Shown: piece by piece, positions 8,532 to 16,944 of the stretch
Layout of the letters: each line of letters starts with the position of its first letter
How positions within the stretch are numbered: position 1 is the first letter of the stretch
Source of the DNA: a virus
Lineage: Duplodnaviria > Caudoviricetes
DNA length: 24,195 bases
Direction: 5' to 3' (one strand)
Virus record (IMG/VR): IMGVR_UViG_3300025101_000185
Location: 1-24,195 of that record
The notes under the pieces: model-generated
Databases searched by the model: none
Told to the model about the DNA's origin: nothing
What the model saw: the letters and a program-made list of their open reading frames with translations, nothing else
Position numbers and translations under genes: made by a program

Positions 8532-10387
8532 CTCTGAGTCCTGAGTTTAAGCCATACTGGATATTTACCACTTGTAAACCATAGTTGATAAGGTCCTGAG
8601 TTTAGATAGTCTTGTTGAGTAAAAAGATCTATATTAGTAACACCAATTAGTCTTGCAACCTCTTCTCTTGTAGGTGGTCGAACTTGGTCAAGAGTTAAAT
8701 CGTTTTGATTATCAATTCTTAAACTGTTTTGATAGTTTTTAAGTATTTCTTTACTTGTTATTCTATAAAAATTTTCGTCTTTTAAAATATAATCATTACT
8801 TCTTCTATCAAGCAATGAAATTGCTGACTTCCCTTCTGCTAATCCTCTTTCAAATCTTTTTCTCATTTGGATAGAAAAGTCAAAAAATCTTGCTTCACCA
8901 CCATTATCAAACTGCCTATATATTTTTGTACCAAGAATAAGATCTTTATTACCATTAAGAAATTGACCAAATAATTTAAAATCTCCTGCTGTATCAGGTT
9001 TTTGAAAAGAATTTATATCACTTACTAATGTTCTAAATGTAGCGTTATCAATATCATCTCTTTCAAGAATACTTTTTGCTTGTGTTTCACCCTCAATCAA
9101 AAACTTATCATTTATTGATCTTACTTCTCTTGAAACTATTTTTTCAAATATTCGTCTGTAAACTACTGGTGCTGTTTCATCAGCGAAATTACCATCAACA
9201 TTTTTCATTAATATTGTTTGTAAATTGTTTCTCAAAGTTGCACCACCTGAACCCTGAAACTCTAATTTTTTAATTTTATCAAAAGTAAGTGTGCCATCTA
9301 AAGCTGCTGGGAGATTATCATTGAAAATTGTTTCATTGTTTTCTCTTATCTGATTATTTTTTTCAAACTGTCTAAATCTAATTTCAGATTCAACTTGTGT
9401 TGCTTTCTGTTCTGCAAGTGCAATCACTTTACTCTTTTCACTTTCAGACAAAGTTTTCCATACTTTTTGTTTATCTTCATCACCACCAAAAGTGCCATCT
9501 TTTACTTCTGATACTTTATCATTTATAATAGAACTGTTTGTATTTGGCTCTCTGTTAAGGTCAAAATCAACATGATTACTAAGTGAAGCAATATTATTAT
9601 TTGTTATAATAGTTTTTTGTTGTGTTAAAAGTGTTGATAAAACACTCCCCTTTGATGTTGAAAACTCTTTACCTGACTTTGATGTGATCTCTTTTTGTAT
9701 TGTGTTTAAATCTGTTATTGATGTTGAATTTGTTATTTTGTTTTGAATTTGACTAACTGCATCCTCAGAAGTTTTGTTCTTCAAAAATGTTCTAATTTGT
9801 GATGATGTGTATGATATTGGAATACCTGATACTTTTGCTTCGTTTATTGTATCAATTATTTTTTTTCTTTTGATCTCATACTCAGGGTCTTTGGAGTTGA
9901 TTGACCTCAAGTCAGACAAACCTTTGTCTATATTGCTATCAATTTTTGTTCCTGCAATTATGTTTCCACGATTAAAAGCATTTTGTTTTGCCTTCAACTT
10001 AAAAGAGTCAAAAGTTGATGAAAGTTTTTGTTTTAAAAGATTCGATCTTCTTGAATCATAGTCTTTATCAAACCTTCCTTTAAATTTGTTTATTATTTTA
10101 TTAATTCTTTCTGTAGCATCACCGACTGTAGTATCTTTTGTTTGAAGTTCGTTTGATCCTGCTAAATCTAAAAACTTAGACTCCTCTTCTGCTATTATGG
10201 CTTTATCTTCTCTATCTCTTTCAGCCATGCCAAAATTAAAAGCTATTTGTTGTGCTGAGTCTGCGAATGATGCCAATGCTTGTCCAGGAGCAGCAAACGC
10301 ACCTGTATTGGCAGCAGGAGACAATGATCCTGTAGCTAACTGTTGCGTTGTTCCTCTTCCTTGATTATATATTGGTATTTTTGCCAT
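8528..10387 (-). CDS. Internal virion (ejection) protein, gp15 positional analogue
   Basis: 619 aa, helical, MAKIPIY start typical of this class, ATGA overlap with the next gene. Confidence 0.72.
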   Translation of the reverse strand: MAKIPIYNQGRGTTQQLATGSLSPAANTGAFAAPGQALASFADSAQQIAFNFGMAERDREDKAIIAEEESKFLDLAGSNELQTKDTTVGDATERINKIINKFKGRFDKDYDSRRSNLLKQKLSSTFDSFKLKAKQNAFNRGNIIAGTKIDSNIDKGLSDLRSINSKDPEYEIKRKKIIDTINEAKVSGIPISYTSSQIRTFLKNKTSEDAVSQIQNKITNSTSITDLNTIQKEITSKSGKEFSTSKGSVLSTLLTQQKTIITNNNIASLSNHVDFDLNREPNTNSSIINDKVSEVKDGTFGGDEDKQKVWKTLSESEKSKVIALAEQKATQVESEIRFRQFEKNNQIRENNETIFNDNLPAALDGTLTFDKIKKLEFQGSGGATLRNNLQTILMKNVDGNFADETAPVVYRRIFEKIVSREVRSINDKFLIEGETQAKSILERDDIDNATFRTLVSDINSFQKPDTAGDFKLFGQFLNGNKDLILGTKIYRQFDNGGEARFFDFSIQMRKRFERGLAEGKSAISLLDRRSNDYILKDENFYRITSKEILKNYQNSLRIDNQNDLTLDQVRPPTREEVARLIGVTNIDLFTQQDYLNSGPYQLWFTSGKYPVWLKLRTQR

Positions 10388-10388
10388 G

Positions 10389-10835
10389 TTACACCATCAT
10401 TGCTCTTGAGCCACTTTCTAATAAACTTTGATAAGCCTTTGTTTTTAATGCTCTTGATCTTGCTGCACCCTCTGTTCTTAATAAAGTTGCAGCAGCTATT
10501 TGTCTTGTTTGTTCAATGTCAGAAGCGTACTGAATACGCAGTGCATCTTTTTCTGTATTAAAATAAGCATCAGCCAAGGCTAACATTGGACTGCCACTCA
10601 TAGTTATACCAGAAGTAGCCGTTGCAACTCTTTGAGTGCCAACTAATCTTTCTGATTGTTTTCGTAAATTGTTTTCTTCATCAATTTTTGCTCTTTGCAA
10701 AAGTATAGCTTCATTTTCTTCTACTTGAGCATTATACTCTGCTGTTTGTTTAGCTGCTCTGGCTGCTGCCATATTCCCTTTGTAACTTAGGAATCCTGAC
10801 CCTGCTATTGCTGCTACTACAAATGGATCAGCCAT
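10389..10835 (-). CDS. Internal virion protein, gp14 positional analogue (148 aa)
   Basis: Start moved to MADPFVVAAIAG (TAATG overlap). Hydrophobic Ala/Gly N-terminus, coiled coil, ATSGITMSGSP motif. Confidence 0.75.
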   Translation of the reverse strand: MADPFVVAAIAGSGFLSYKGNMAAARAAKQTAEYNAQVEENEAILLQRAKIDEENNLRKQSERLVGTQRVATATSGITMSGSPMLALADAYFNTEKDALRIQYASDIEQTRQIAAATLLRTEGAARSRALKTKAYQSLLESGSRAMMV

Positions 10836-11254
10836 TATTTCACCCACGCATAACGAATATAATCTGCACCATCAGGACCAAACTTCTTCATTATTCCCTC
10901 TTCCTCAAACTTTAGCCACTTTATAAATCTAACAGCTTTTTCATCATTTGAACATATACTTGCTTGTAGTCTAAACAGATTGTTCTCTTCTATCATAGTC
11001 ATTATCATCTTTTTTACAATCTTAGCCATCCTATACGGAAACTCTTGTCCTTTGACTCCTAGCACAAACCATGCTTCTGCTACACCATCCCACAACAAAC
11101 TTATACCACCGATAGCTGCAATGATGTCTTTATACATAGCAACATATCCATTTACCTCGTCTTTACAAAACGCATCTCTGTGCGATTGCAAAAACTGAAA
11201 GTCAGTAGCTATAGCCTGAACATGATATTTCTCTAGCTTTTCAAGTCTAAGCAT
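10835..11254 (-). CDS. GNAT-fold acyltransferase-like protein (T7 gp13 / internal virion protein A-like)
   Basis: AIGG...GVAEAW...RLQASI...AVRFIKWLKFEEEG GNAT motif, positioned between tubular B and the gp14 analogue. Confidence 0.75.
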   Translation of the reverse strand: MLRLEKLEKYHVQAIATDFQFLQSHRDAFCKDEVNGYVAMYKDIIAAIGGISLLWDGVAEAWFVLGVKGQEFPYRMAKIVKKMIMTMIEENNLFRLQASICSNDEKAVRFIKWLKFEEEGIMKKFGPDGADYIRYAWVK

Positions 11255-13640
11255 CAAAAGTATTTGACCTCCTCATTATCGCAAGAACTGTCATAGGCAA
11301 AGGCTGTGATTGCTGTATTACAACCTGTGCTTCATTCTCATATCCTGCTGGAAAAGATATTTCCTTATCTCCTGTAAACATTGGTACGGCTGTGTCCATA
11401 GCCATACTACTGTCTCTAAATGGTATTCTATCCAAGTTACTCACATCTGGTCCTAGTTCTGCACCCACTGTATCAAGAAATCTTGCAGTAACACCATGTA
11501 TTCTTTTAATCTTGCCCTGTGATGTACCATCATTTGCACCACCTTCCAACCTCAAAGTTTTTATAAAACTTGTATATCCAAGACCTATGTGTGCTTTTGT
11601 AACTGATCTATCTAATGTTATTGATCCACCTGAGACTGTTTTGTCTGCATGTGCAGAACCATCTGCAAGTATTTGTACTGACTGCCCTTCAAGGTGATTA
11701 AGTCCTGTGATTGTTGTTGTGGCTGATCCTGAGTATGTCAATCCACTATCAACAAAAAAAGCATCTGTAATATCTGATCCAAAGTTTATTGATTTAAGAA
11801 ATACTATGTGTCTTGTTGTTACACTGTTTATTGTTAGTTTTACACTTAGATAAACCTGATCTTCTGCACCACTAGGTATAGCTGTGATACTTTCTACAAC
11901 ACCACTGCCACCAAGAACATGACCATGCCATCCAACAGTTCCATTTGCTCTATCGTATGTAAGACCTATCAACTCACCATTTGCACTTACAAACCAAAGT
12001 ATCAACTCAGGCTCTTGTTGCCATATCATATCTGTCAAACCACCTCTAGTAATGTGATCTGCAAGCACAGTCAAATCTACACCAAGTAATCCATCTGTAT
12101 CTAAATCAAATGTAATCTCTTTAACTTTCTCTGTGCCTTTCTGCACAAGTATAGTTGAGTTTCCTGCTCTAAGTGGTCTTACCTGTGATGTTCCAAATGT
12201 TGTTTCTCTCAAAACATTTACATTTGTTGGTGTTACTGGTTGTGTTCCTGTGCCACCTGACAAAGTAAACTCAGCACTTGTTGTAAGTATCTGAAGAAAT
12301 CTACCTGGCAAAAGATGTTTGATAACATTGACTTGATCTGATGCTATAGTGATATTCACAGCATCATCATCATTTATACCTGGTGTATGATTCTCAAAGT
12401 CAGCAGACACACTGCCAAATATACTTTGTGGTTGATGTGTTGTTCCTGCAAAGAATAATCTTTCTTCATAAAAAGCTAATGCCTTTGGAAAGCCACGAAC
12501 AGAACTAAATGCACCCTCACTCCACTTTGTCGTAGGATTACTTGACCCAACTACTGAAGCTGGTAGTGTGCTTTTTACATCTGCTGTTACCTGTGTTGCA
12601 CTTGTAAAACCAGTAATCTTGATAAATCCAGTACCACTATGTAAAAACTCCCAGTCTATATCACCATAAGTCTCTGTGCCTTTTGTGTGGACTGGTGCTG
12701 TTGTGCTACTTGTATGTGATCCTGAGTTTGATTTCTTGTAAACATTATCACCATTACGAACTGTAGCATTTTGTGCATAACTTGTTGATGCTGCCCACGC
12801 ATCATGGTTTACCTCTATGATTTCTCTAAACCTGAACAATGCTCCAACATGACCAGACTCAAACGTATCTGCTGATGCAACTATTGTTATACCTGTGCCT
12901 GTAGTCGCACTTGCATACAAAGTAGTTGTAGTTAGGTTTTCATCTAGGTAAGGACCATCTGTAAAATCTATATCTGTAAGTGTAAAACTTGTTGCTGAAG
13001 TTCTTGTAAGTTTTGCTGGTTCATGTGACTTGTGAGCAATAAACAATACATCTGCTGACTGTGCAAAGTTAATCTCAAATATCTCAGTTACGCTATAAGT
13101 CGTTGTAACTTCTACTATTTTTCCACTTGTGCCACCTGAAGTATAAGTTGTAAATGCAGAACTGTTTATACCTGATAGTTGAAATGTATTTGCAGTTTTT
13201 CCTGCAACAGTAAACTCACGATTGTTTACCTCTGTCATGCCTACAACACCTGATATAAATACTCTATCACCATTGTTATAGCCATGAGATGTAGCTGTAA
13301 CTACTGCTGGGTTTGCTTTTGTTATGGCACTTATAGTTTTTGTTGCTTCTGTAAGAATACCACCATCTTTGAAGAACCTTACATAGTTTGCACCAAACTC
13401 AAGCACATAAGCCTGCTCATCTGAAAACTCAAAGTTGACTAGCTTGACTTTGCCGTTGTCTTTGGATGTTCCTGCAAATGTTGTTCCAGGTCTGCGAGTA
13501 ATGCCACCTGACGGAAACACCAACATATTCTCTAGTGTATCACAACCCTCACTATATTTCTGTAGATCAATCCTGCCTGATAGTTTAGGCGATAGTTCTC
13601 CTGCTCTGAAATTAGTTAAGATTGTCGATACTCTTGCCAT
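11247..13640 (-). CDS. Tail tubular protein B (nozzle, T7 gp12-like)
   Basis: NFRAGELSP...GGITRRPGT N-terminus, FAQSADVL, GFPKALAFYEERLFFAG, VGWHGH and FFVDSGL motifs; 797 aa. Confidence 0.9.
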   Translation of the reverse strand: MARVSTILTNFRAGELSPKLSGRIDLQKYSEGCDTLENMLVFPSGGITRRPGTTFAGTSKDNGKVKLVNFEFSDEQAYVLEFGANYVRFFKDGGILTEATKTISAITKANPAVVTATSHGYNNGDRVFISGVVGMTEVNNREFTVAGKTANTFQLSGINSSAFTTYTSGGTSGKIVEVTTTYSVTEIFEINFAQSADVLFIAHKSHEPAKLTRTSATSFTLTDIDFTDGPYLDENLTTTTLYASATTGTGITIVASADTFESGHVGALFRFREIIEVNHDAWAASTSYAQNATVRNGDNVYKKSNSGSHTSSTTAPVHTKGTETYGDIDWEFLHSGTGFIKITGFTSATQVTADVKSTLPASVVGSSNPTTKWSEGAFSSVRGFPKALAFYEERLFFAGTTHQPQSIFGSVSADFENHTPGINDDDAVNITIASDQVNVIKHLLPGRFLQILTTSAEFTLSGGTGTQPVTPTNVNVLRETTFGTSQVRPLRAGNSTILVQKGTEKVKEITFDLDTDGLLGVDLTVLADHITRGGLTDMIWQQEPELILWFVSANGELIGLTYDRANGTVGWHGHVLGGSGVVESITAIPSGAEDQVYLSVKLTINSVTTRHIVFLKSINFGSDITDAFFVDSGLTYSGSATTTITGLNHLEGQSVQILADGSAHADKTVSGGSITLDRSVTKAHIGLGYTSFIKTLRLEGGANDGTSQGKIKRIHGVTARFLDTVGAELGPDVSNLDRIPFRDSSMAMDTAVPMFTGDKEISFPAGYENEAQVVIQQSQPLPMTVLAIMRRSNTFDA

Positions 13641-13641
13641 A

Positions 13642-14238
13642 CTACAACCTTACGTTTGTAAACTCATCAGCCACCAATTTGTCAGGTTTTCCTTCAAGTG
13701 CATCCATTGCTCTTGCTTCTTTTACCTTTTGCTCATACATACCATACATTGATTGTGCAACTGTTGTGCTGCCTGTGATTGCATACGCTGTCTCTGATGC
13801 AAGTCTGTAGGCTATAGCATTTGACAGTAGACTATCAAACTGTTCCGTATCTGTAACTCTTGCCAAGTAAACTATTCTGCATGTTGCTTCATCTGAAAGT
13901 ATCTTTCTGCCTTCTATCTTGAACATAACTTGACTATCATAAGGCGAAATCTCTGCATCTACGTTTGATGTAAAGAATGACAAGACACGCAAACAAAATG
14001 GGTCTGTTGGTAAAGTAAACTGATTGGCAAAACCAAAAGAAGGTGCTGTACTATCTGCTGCTAACTCTGCTCTTTCTATCGCACAGTTCCAAGGATGTGA
14101 TCTAAGTGTTGCATCTCTTACTGTTGCAAACCTTCTGTTACAAAGTCTTGCTTCTTTTGAATTTTCTGTAAGAGCAGTAATAGTTGCTGCACCTAATAAA
14201 TCCATAGCTTCATTACATATATCTACTACTGAGGGCAT
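13642..14238 (-). CDS. Tail tubular protein A (adaptor, T7 gp11-like)
   Basis: DICNEAMDLLG...LRSHPWNCA...FTLPTD pattern, size and position. Confidence 0.88.
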   Translation of the reverse strand: MPSVVDICNEAMDLLGAATITALTENSKEARLCNRRFATVRDATLRSHPWNCAIERAELAADSTAPSFGFANQFTLPTDPFCLRVLSFFTSNVDAEISPYDSQVMFKIEGRKILSDEATCRIVYLARVTDTEQFDSLLSNAIAYRLASETAYAITGSTTVAQSMYGMYEQKVKEARAMDALEGKPDKLVADEFTNVRL

Positions 14239-14251
14239 AATTAAACCTTTG

Positions 14252-14273
14252 AAAAAGGGGGATTGCTCCCCCT
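14252..14273 (-). terminator. Intrinsic terminator after the capsid/decoration genes
   Basis: Minus strand AGGGGGA-GCAA-TCCCCCT then TTTT; GNRA loop; same position as T7 T-phi. Confidence 0.85.
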
Positions 14274-14278
14274 CTTAG

Positions 14279-14761
14279 TTAGTTGATTACATACTCAATG
14301 ATAAAAGACATATCACCAGCAGTACCACCTGTTGCATTAAATGTTGCTGCAACATAATAGTACCCACCTGGGTCTGTAGACTCTCCTGCATTTTCGTAAA
14401 CTTTAGCACCAATAGTATTAATATTGGCAGCTTCAGTTCTTAAATCTGCAACGGCTGTAGTTCCGTCTGCAACTGATGTTGCATAGAAATCTTCATCTAC
14501 AACTGTTCCGTTAGTCTGATAAAGTCCTACATTGAAAGTACAGCTTCCACCTAATCCATCTGCTGCAACCTTAATTGCAGTGATAGACGCATTACTTGGA
14601 ATCGGAGCAAACATAACAATATCATTGTCTGTACTGTCTCCTGCTGCCAAAGCTATCGTTCCTTGAGCCACACGCAAAACGCCATTAAGCTCTTGTGAAT
14701 TACTAGCAACTTGAGGAGTAGCTTCAAAATTAGCTACAAGTGTTGAATTTTTTGTAGTCAT
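14279..14761 (-). CDS. Putative capsid decoration/cement protein
   Basis: 160 aa, beta-rich, GGAG RBS, between the MCP and the terminator (slot of BPP-1 Bbp16). Confidence 0.65.
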   Translation of the reverse strand: MTTKNSTLVANFEATPQVASNSQELNGVLRVAQGTIALAAGDSTDNDIVMFAPIPSNASITAIKVAADGLGGSCTFNVGLYQTNGTVVDEDFYATSVADGTTAVADLRTEAANINTIGAKVYENAGESTDPGGYYYVAATFNATGGTAGDMSFIIEYVIN

Positions 14762-14772
14762 TTACTTCTCCC

Positions 14773-15636
14773 TTATGCTGACTCATCACAGTCTATCTGA
14801 ACGACTTTTTCTTCTTCCATTCTCGTAGCACCGATACTCATGCAATAGTAGACCTGAGTTGCGTAACCTTTGTCACTTCTCTCGTCTATTCTTGCCATCA
14901 CATCTTTACCAATCGCTAATGTAAGACCATCCTCTGCCCACGCAAAACATGAACGGATGTTGCCAGTCTTTGATAGTCTGTTGGTTACAATGAACTCAAA
15001 TCCCATGAAGGTATTGATCTCACCCTGGACAAGTGCCTTGACTGTGTTGAAGTCAGAAGATGTTACATTTGTATCTCCTAACAACGCATCAATCTGCTCT
15101 GGACCAACGGCTATATATCTTGGGATTGAGGGATCAACTGATGCTAAGTCAAGAGTCTTTTTAGCTGTTCTTAACTTTGCAACTGTCAAATCAGCACTAC
15201 CATTTGCTATCTGATTTCCAGCTAACATGGTTGTGGATGTTGAACCAGTCTCACCTGTAAACGCAGTTCCTGTTGCTGCTTCAATGATAACATCATCCAT
15301 TGATCTTCCCATAGCTGCTGCTGCTGCTTGAGCATAAGCACTTGTTGGATCAATAAGCATACGAACTTTGTCTTGCTCATCTATGAGATCTGCGAACTCA
15401 TAGTCTACTAATGACACTCTTCTTCTAGCATGAGGAGTATCGATTTGGGGTGTATCAGAATGGCGAGTTGTACGCTTTTGAGCAGTAACTTTGCCGATCT
15501 GATCGAAAAAGGCATTTTTTCCTGTTACAGATTCTACCCTTACAGCATCTCTCAGTAATGAACCCATTTGCTGAGAAAGCATCTGCACATTGGCAGAATA
15601 CTGTTGGACAAATGCCGTAGTTACGTTTATTGACAT
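14773..15636 (-). CDS. Major capsid protein
   Basis: AFVQQYSANVQMLSQQMGSLLR...TSSDFNTVKALVQGEINTFMGFEF...GATRMEEEKVV; strong AGGAG RBS; follows the scaffold gene. Confidence 0.93.
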   Translation of the reverse strand: MSINVTTAFVQQYSANVQMLSQQMGSLLRDAVRVESVTGKNAFFDQIGKVTAQKRTTRHSDTPQIDTPHARRRVSLVDYEFADLIDEQDKVRMLIDPTSAYAQAAAAAMGRSMDDVIIEAATGTAFTGETGSTSTTMLAGNQIANGSADLTVAKLRTAKKTLDLASVDPSIPRYIAVGPEQIDALLGDTNVTSSDFNTVKALVQGEINTFMGFEFIVTNRLSKTGNIRSCFAWAEDGLTLAIGKDVMARIDERSDKGYATQVYYCMSIGATRMEEEKVVQIDCDESA

Positions 15637-15655
15637 TTTTTTCTCCTGTTAATAA

Positions 15656-15889
15656 CTACGTTTTCATTTTAACTACTTTCGAGGTGCTACCCTTTCGGAC
15701 ACTCCTAGGATTTTCAGACTCGTTAGGTCTATCGTCTTTCCGATTGCCAGAAGGACTTGATGGCAAGCTACCCTTCACTACCCACTCGTAATATATATTA
15801 GCGAGTTCTTTGGGATTCTGTAAGTTTCTTTGCGTTCCAAACTCTACTGCTAAACGCAAACACTCTAATCTAATTTCATGCTGCTCCAA
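15656..15889 (-). CDS. Small hypothetical protein
   Basis: Helical N-half (EIRLECLRLAVE...ELANIYYEWV) overlapping the scaffold stop, TTG start. The disordered C-half coincides with RNA hairpins. Confidence 0.55.
   Translation of the reverse strand: MEQHEIRLECLRLAVEFGTQRNLQNPKELANIYYEWVVKGSLPSSPSGNRKDDRPNESENPRSVRKGSTSKVVKMKT
15681..15776 (-). promoter_or_regulatory. Structured RNA leader upstream of the major capsid gene
   Basis: Four consecutive hairpins, two with an identical GGG-UAG-C/GUCC bulged motif. Confidence 0.6.
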
Positions 15890-16736
15890 CTGTCATCTCA
15901 TATAAATCTTGTACTTCTTTAACTGCTTTCTCTCTTGCAACTGGATTTTTTCTATCCCAATAAGCATGAGACTTGTCATTCATTATAGTATCAATTCTTG
16001 ACTTAGCATCAGCAGGACTCATTCTATAATTCACAGAGTTTTCTGATATTGTATCTTCTTTTGTAACAGAAGTTTTAAAATCTGCAAAGTTTGCAAACGC
16101 TTTGATAAATGCAGGATGATTACCAACCTTAGTACCATCTTGTAAAACCATGTCCAACAAATCTTGACCAGCTATATCTGCAACTGCTCTGTTTGCTTGT
16201 GATACCTTTGCATCAAAGTCAGCACCCCACTCAGCTTTTAGACTTTGTTCAATCTGTTGTCTTTGTTGCTCAGAGTCTTTTGACATTGCTTCTGTTGTTT
16301 GTTGAATACTACTTCTGTAATAATCTAATATACCATTAGCCTGTGTCTTTGATAAACCAAGTTTGTGTGCAATATCTGTGTATGTATTGACATCTCCCTC
16401 AGTTAGTATCTGACCATCAGCTTTTATTTCATAACCACTTGGTTGTTCAGGCTTACCTAACTTTGTATAAATATTATTTAGATCATCCTCTGTGGGATTT
16501 TTTGGTAATGGTATTTTATCTGCACCAATTAATCTTTGTGCGTTTACAAAGGAAAGTCCTAAGTTTCCTACGTCATTTATGCTTTGTAGACTTGGATGAT
16601 CTCTGATTTCTTCAGGTAACTGTTGTAGAAACTCACTTCGAGATCCACTTCCACTGGCTAATTCAGCAGGAGTTTCAACTGGCACACTAGGTTGTGTTGG
16701 CTCAGTTTGGATTGCCTGTTGTTCTGTTTCGTTCAT
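15876..16736 (-). CDS. Capsid scaffolding/assembly protein
   Basis: Acidic helical 286 aa, LPEEIR...SFVNAQRLIG...KLGKPE...LKAEWG motifs, GAGG RBS, between portal and MCP. Confidence 0.85.
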   Translation of the reverse strand: MNETEQQAIQTEPTQPSVPVETPAELASGSGSRSEFLQQLPEEIRDHPSLQSINDVGNLGLSFVNAQRLIGADKIPLPKNPTEDDLNNIYTKLGKPEQPSGYEIKADGQILTEGDVNTYTDIAHKLGLSKTQANGILDYYRSSIQQTTEAMSKDSEQQRQQIEQSLKAEWGADFDAKVSQANRAVADIAGQDLLDMVLQDGTKVGNHPAFIKAFANFADFKTSVTKEDTISENSVNYRMSPADAKSRIDTIMNDKSHAYWDRKNPVAREKAVKEVQDLYEMTVGAA

Positions 16737-16944
16737 TTGTTTCCTCTTCTAACATATTTAAAATGTGCAAGTATACTGTTCTCTTGCCTTCTTCAAAAGC
16801 CGTTCCGTTACTATCGTTCTGAACGTATGTTGTATTACGATAATTACATCTTGCTTCTAAATCTTGTAACACCTTTTTTCCACTATCGGTAGTAAAAACT
16901 TGCCGATACATATATTTAATAGCTTCAATTTCCTTGACCACCAC
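16702..16944 (-). CDS. Bbp19-like small protein
   Basis: YRQVF...GKKVLQDL...TAFEEGKRTVYLHI pattern typical of the gene after the portal in BPP-1-like phages. Start uncertain. Confidence 0.7.
   Translation of the reverse strand: MVVKEIEAIKYMYRQVFTTDSGKKVLQDLEARCNYRNTTYVQNDSNGTAFEEGKRTVYLHILNMLEEETNERNRTTGNPN

Noticed and set aside
14279-14800. T7 gp10B-style frameshift/readthrough fusing MCP to the 160-aa protein
   Set aside because: The 160-aa ATG is immediately preceded by an in-frame TAA and has its own RBS; no slippery site is evident.
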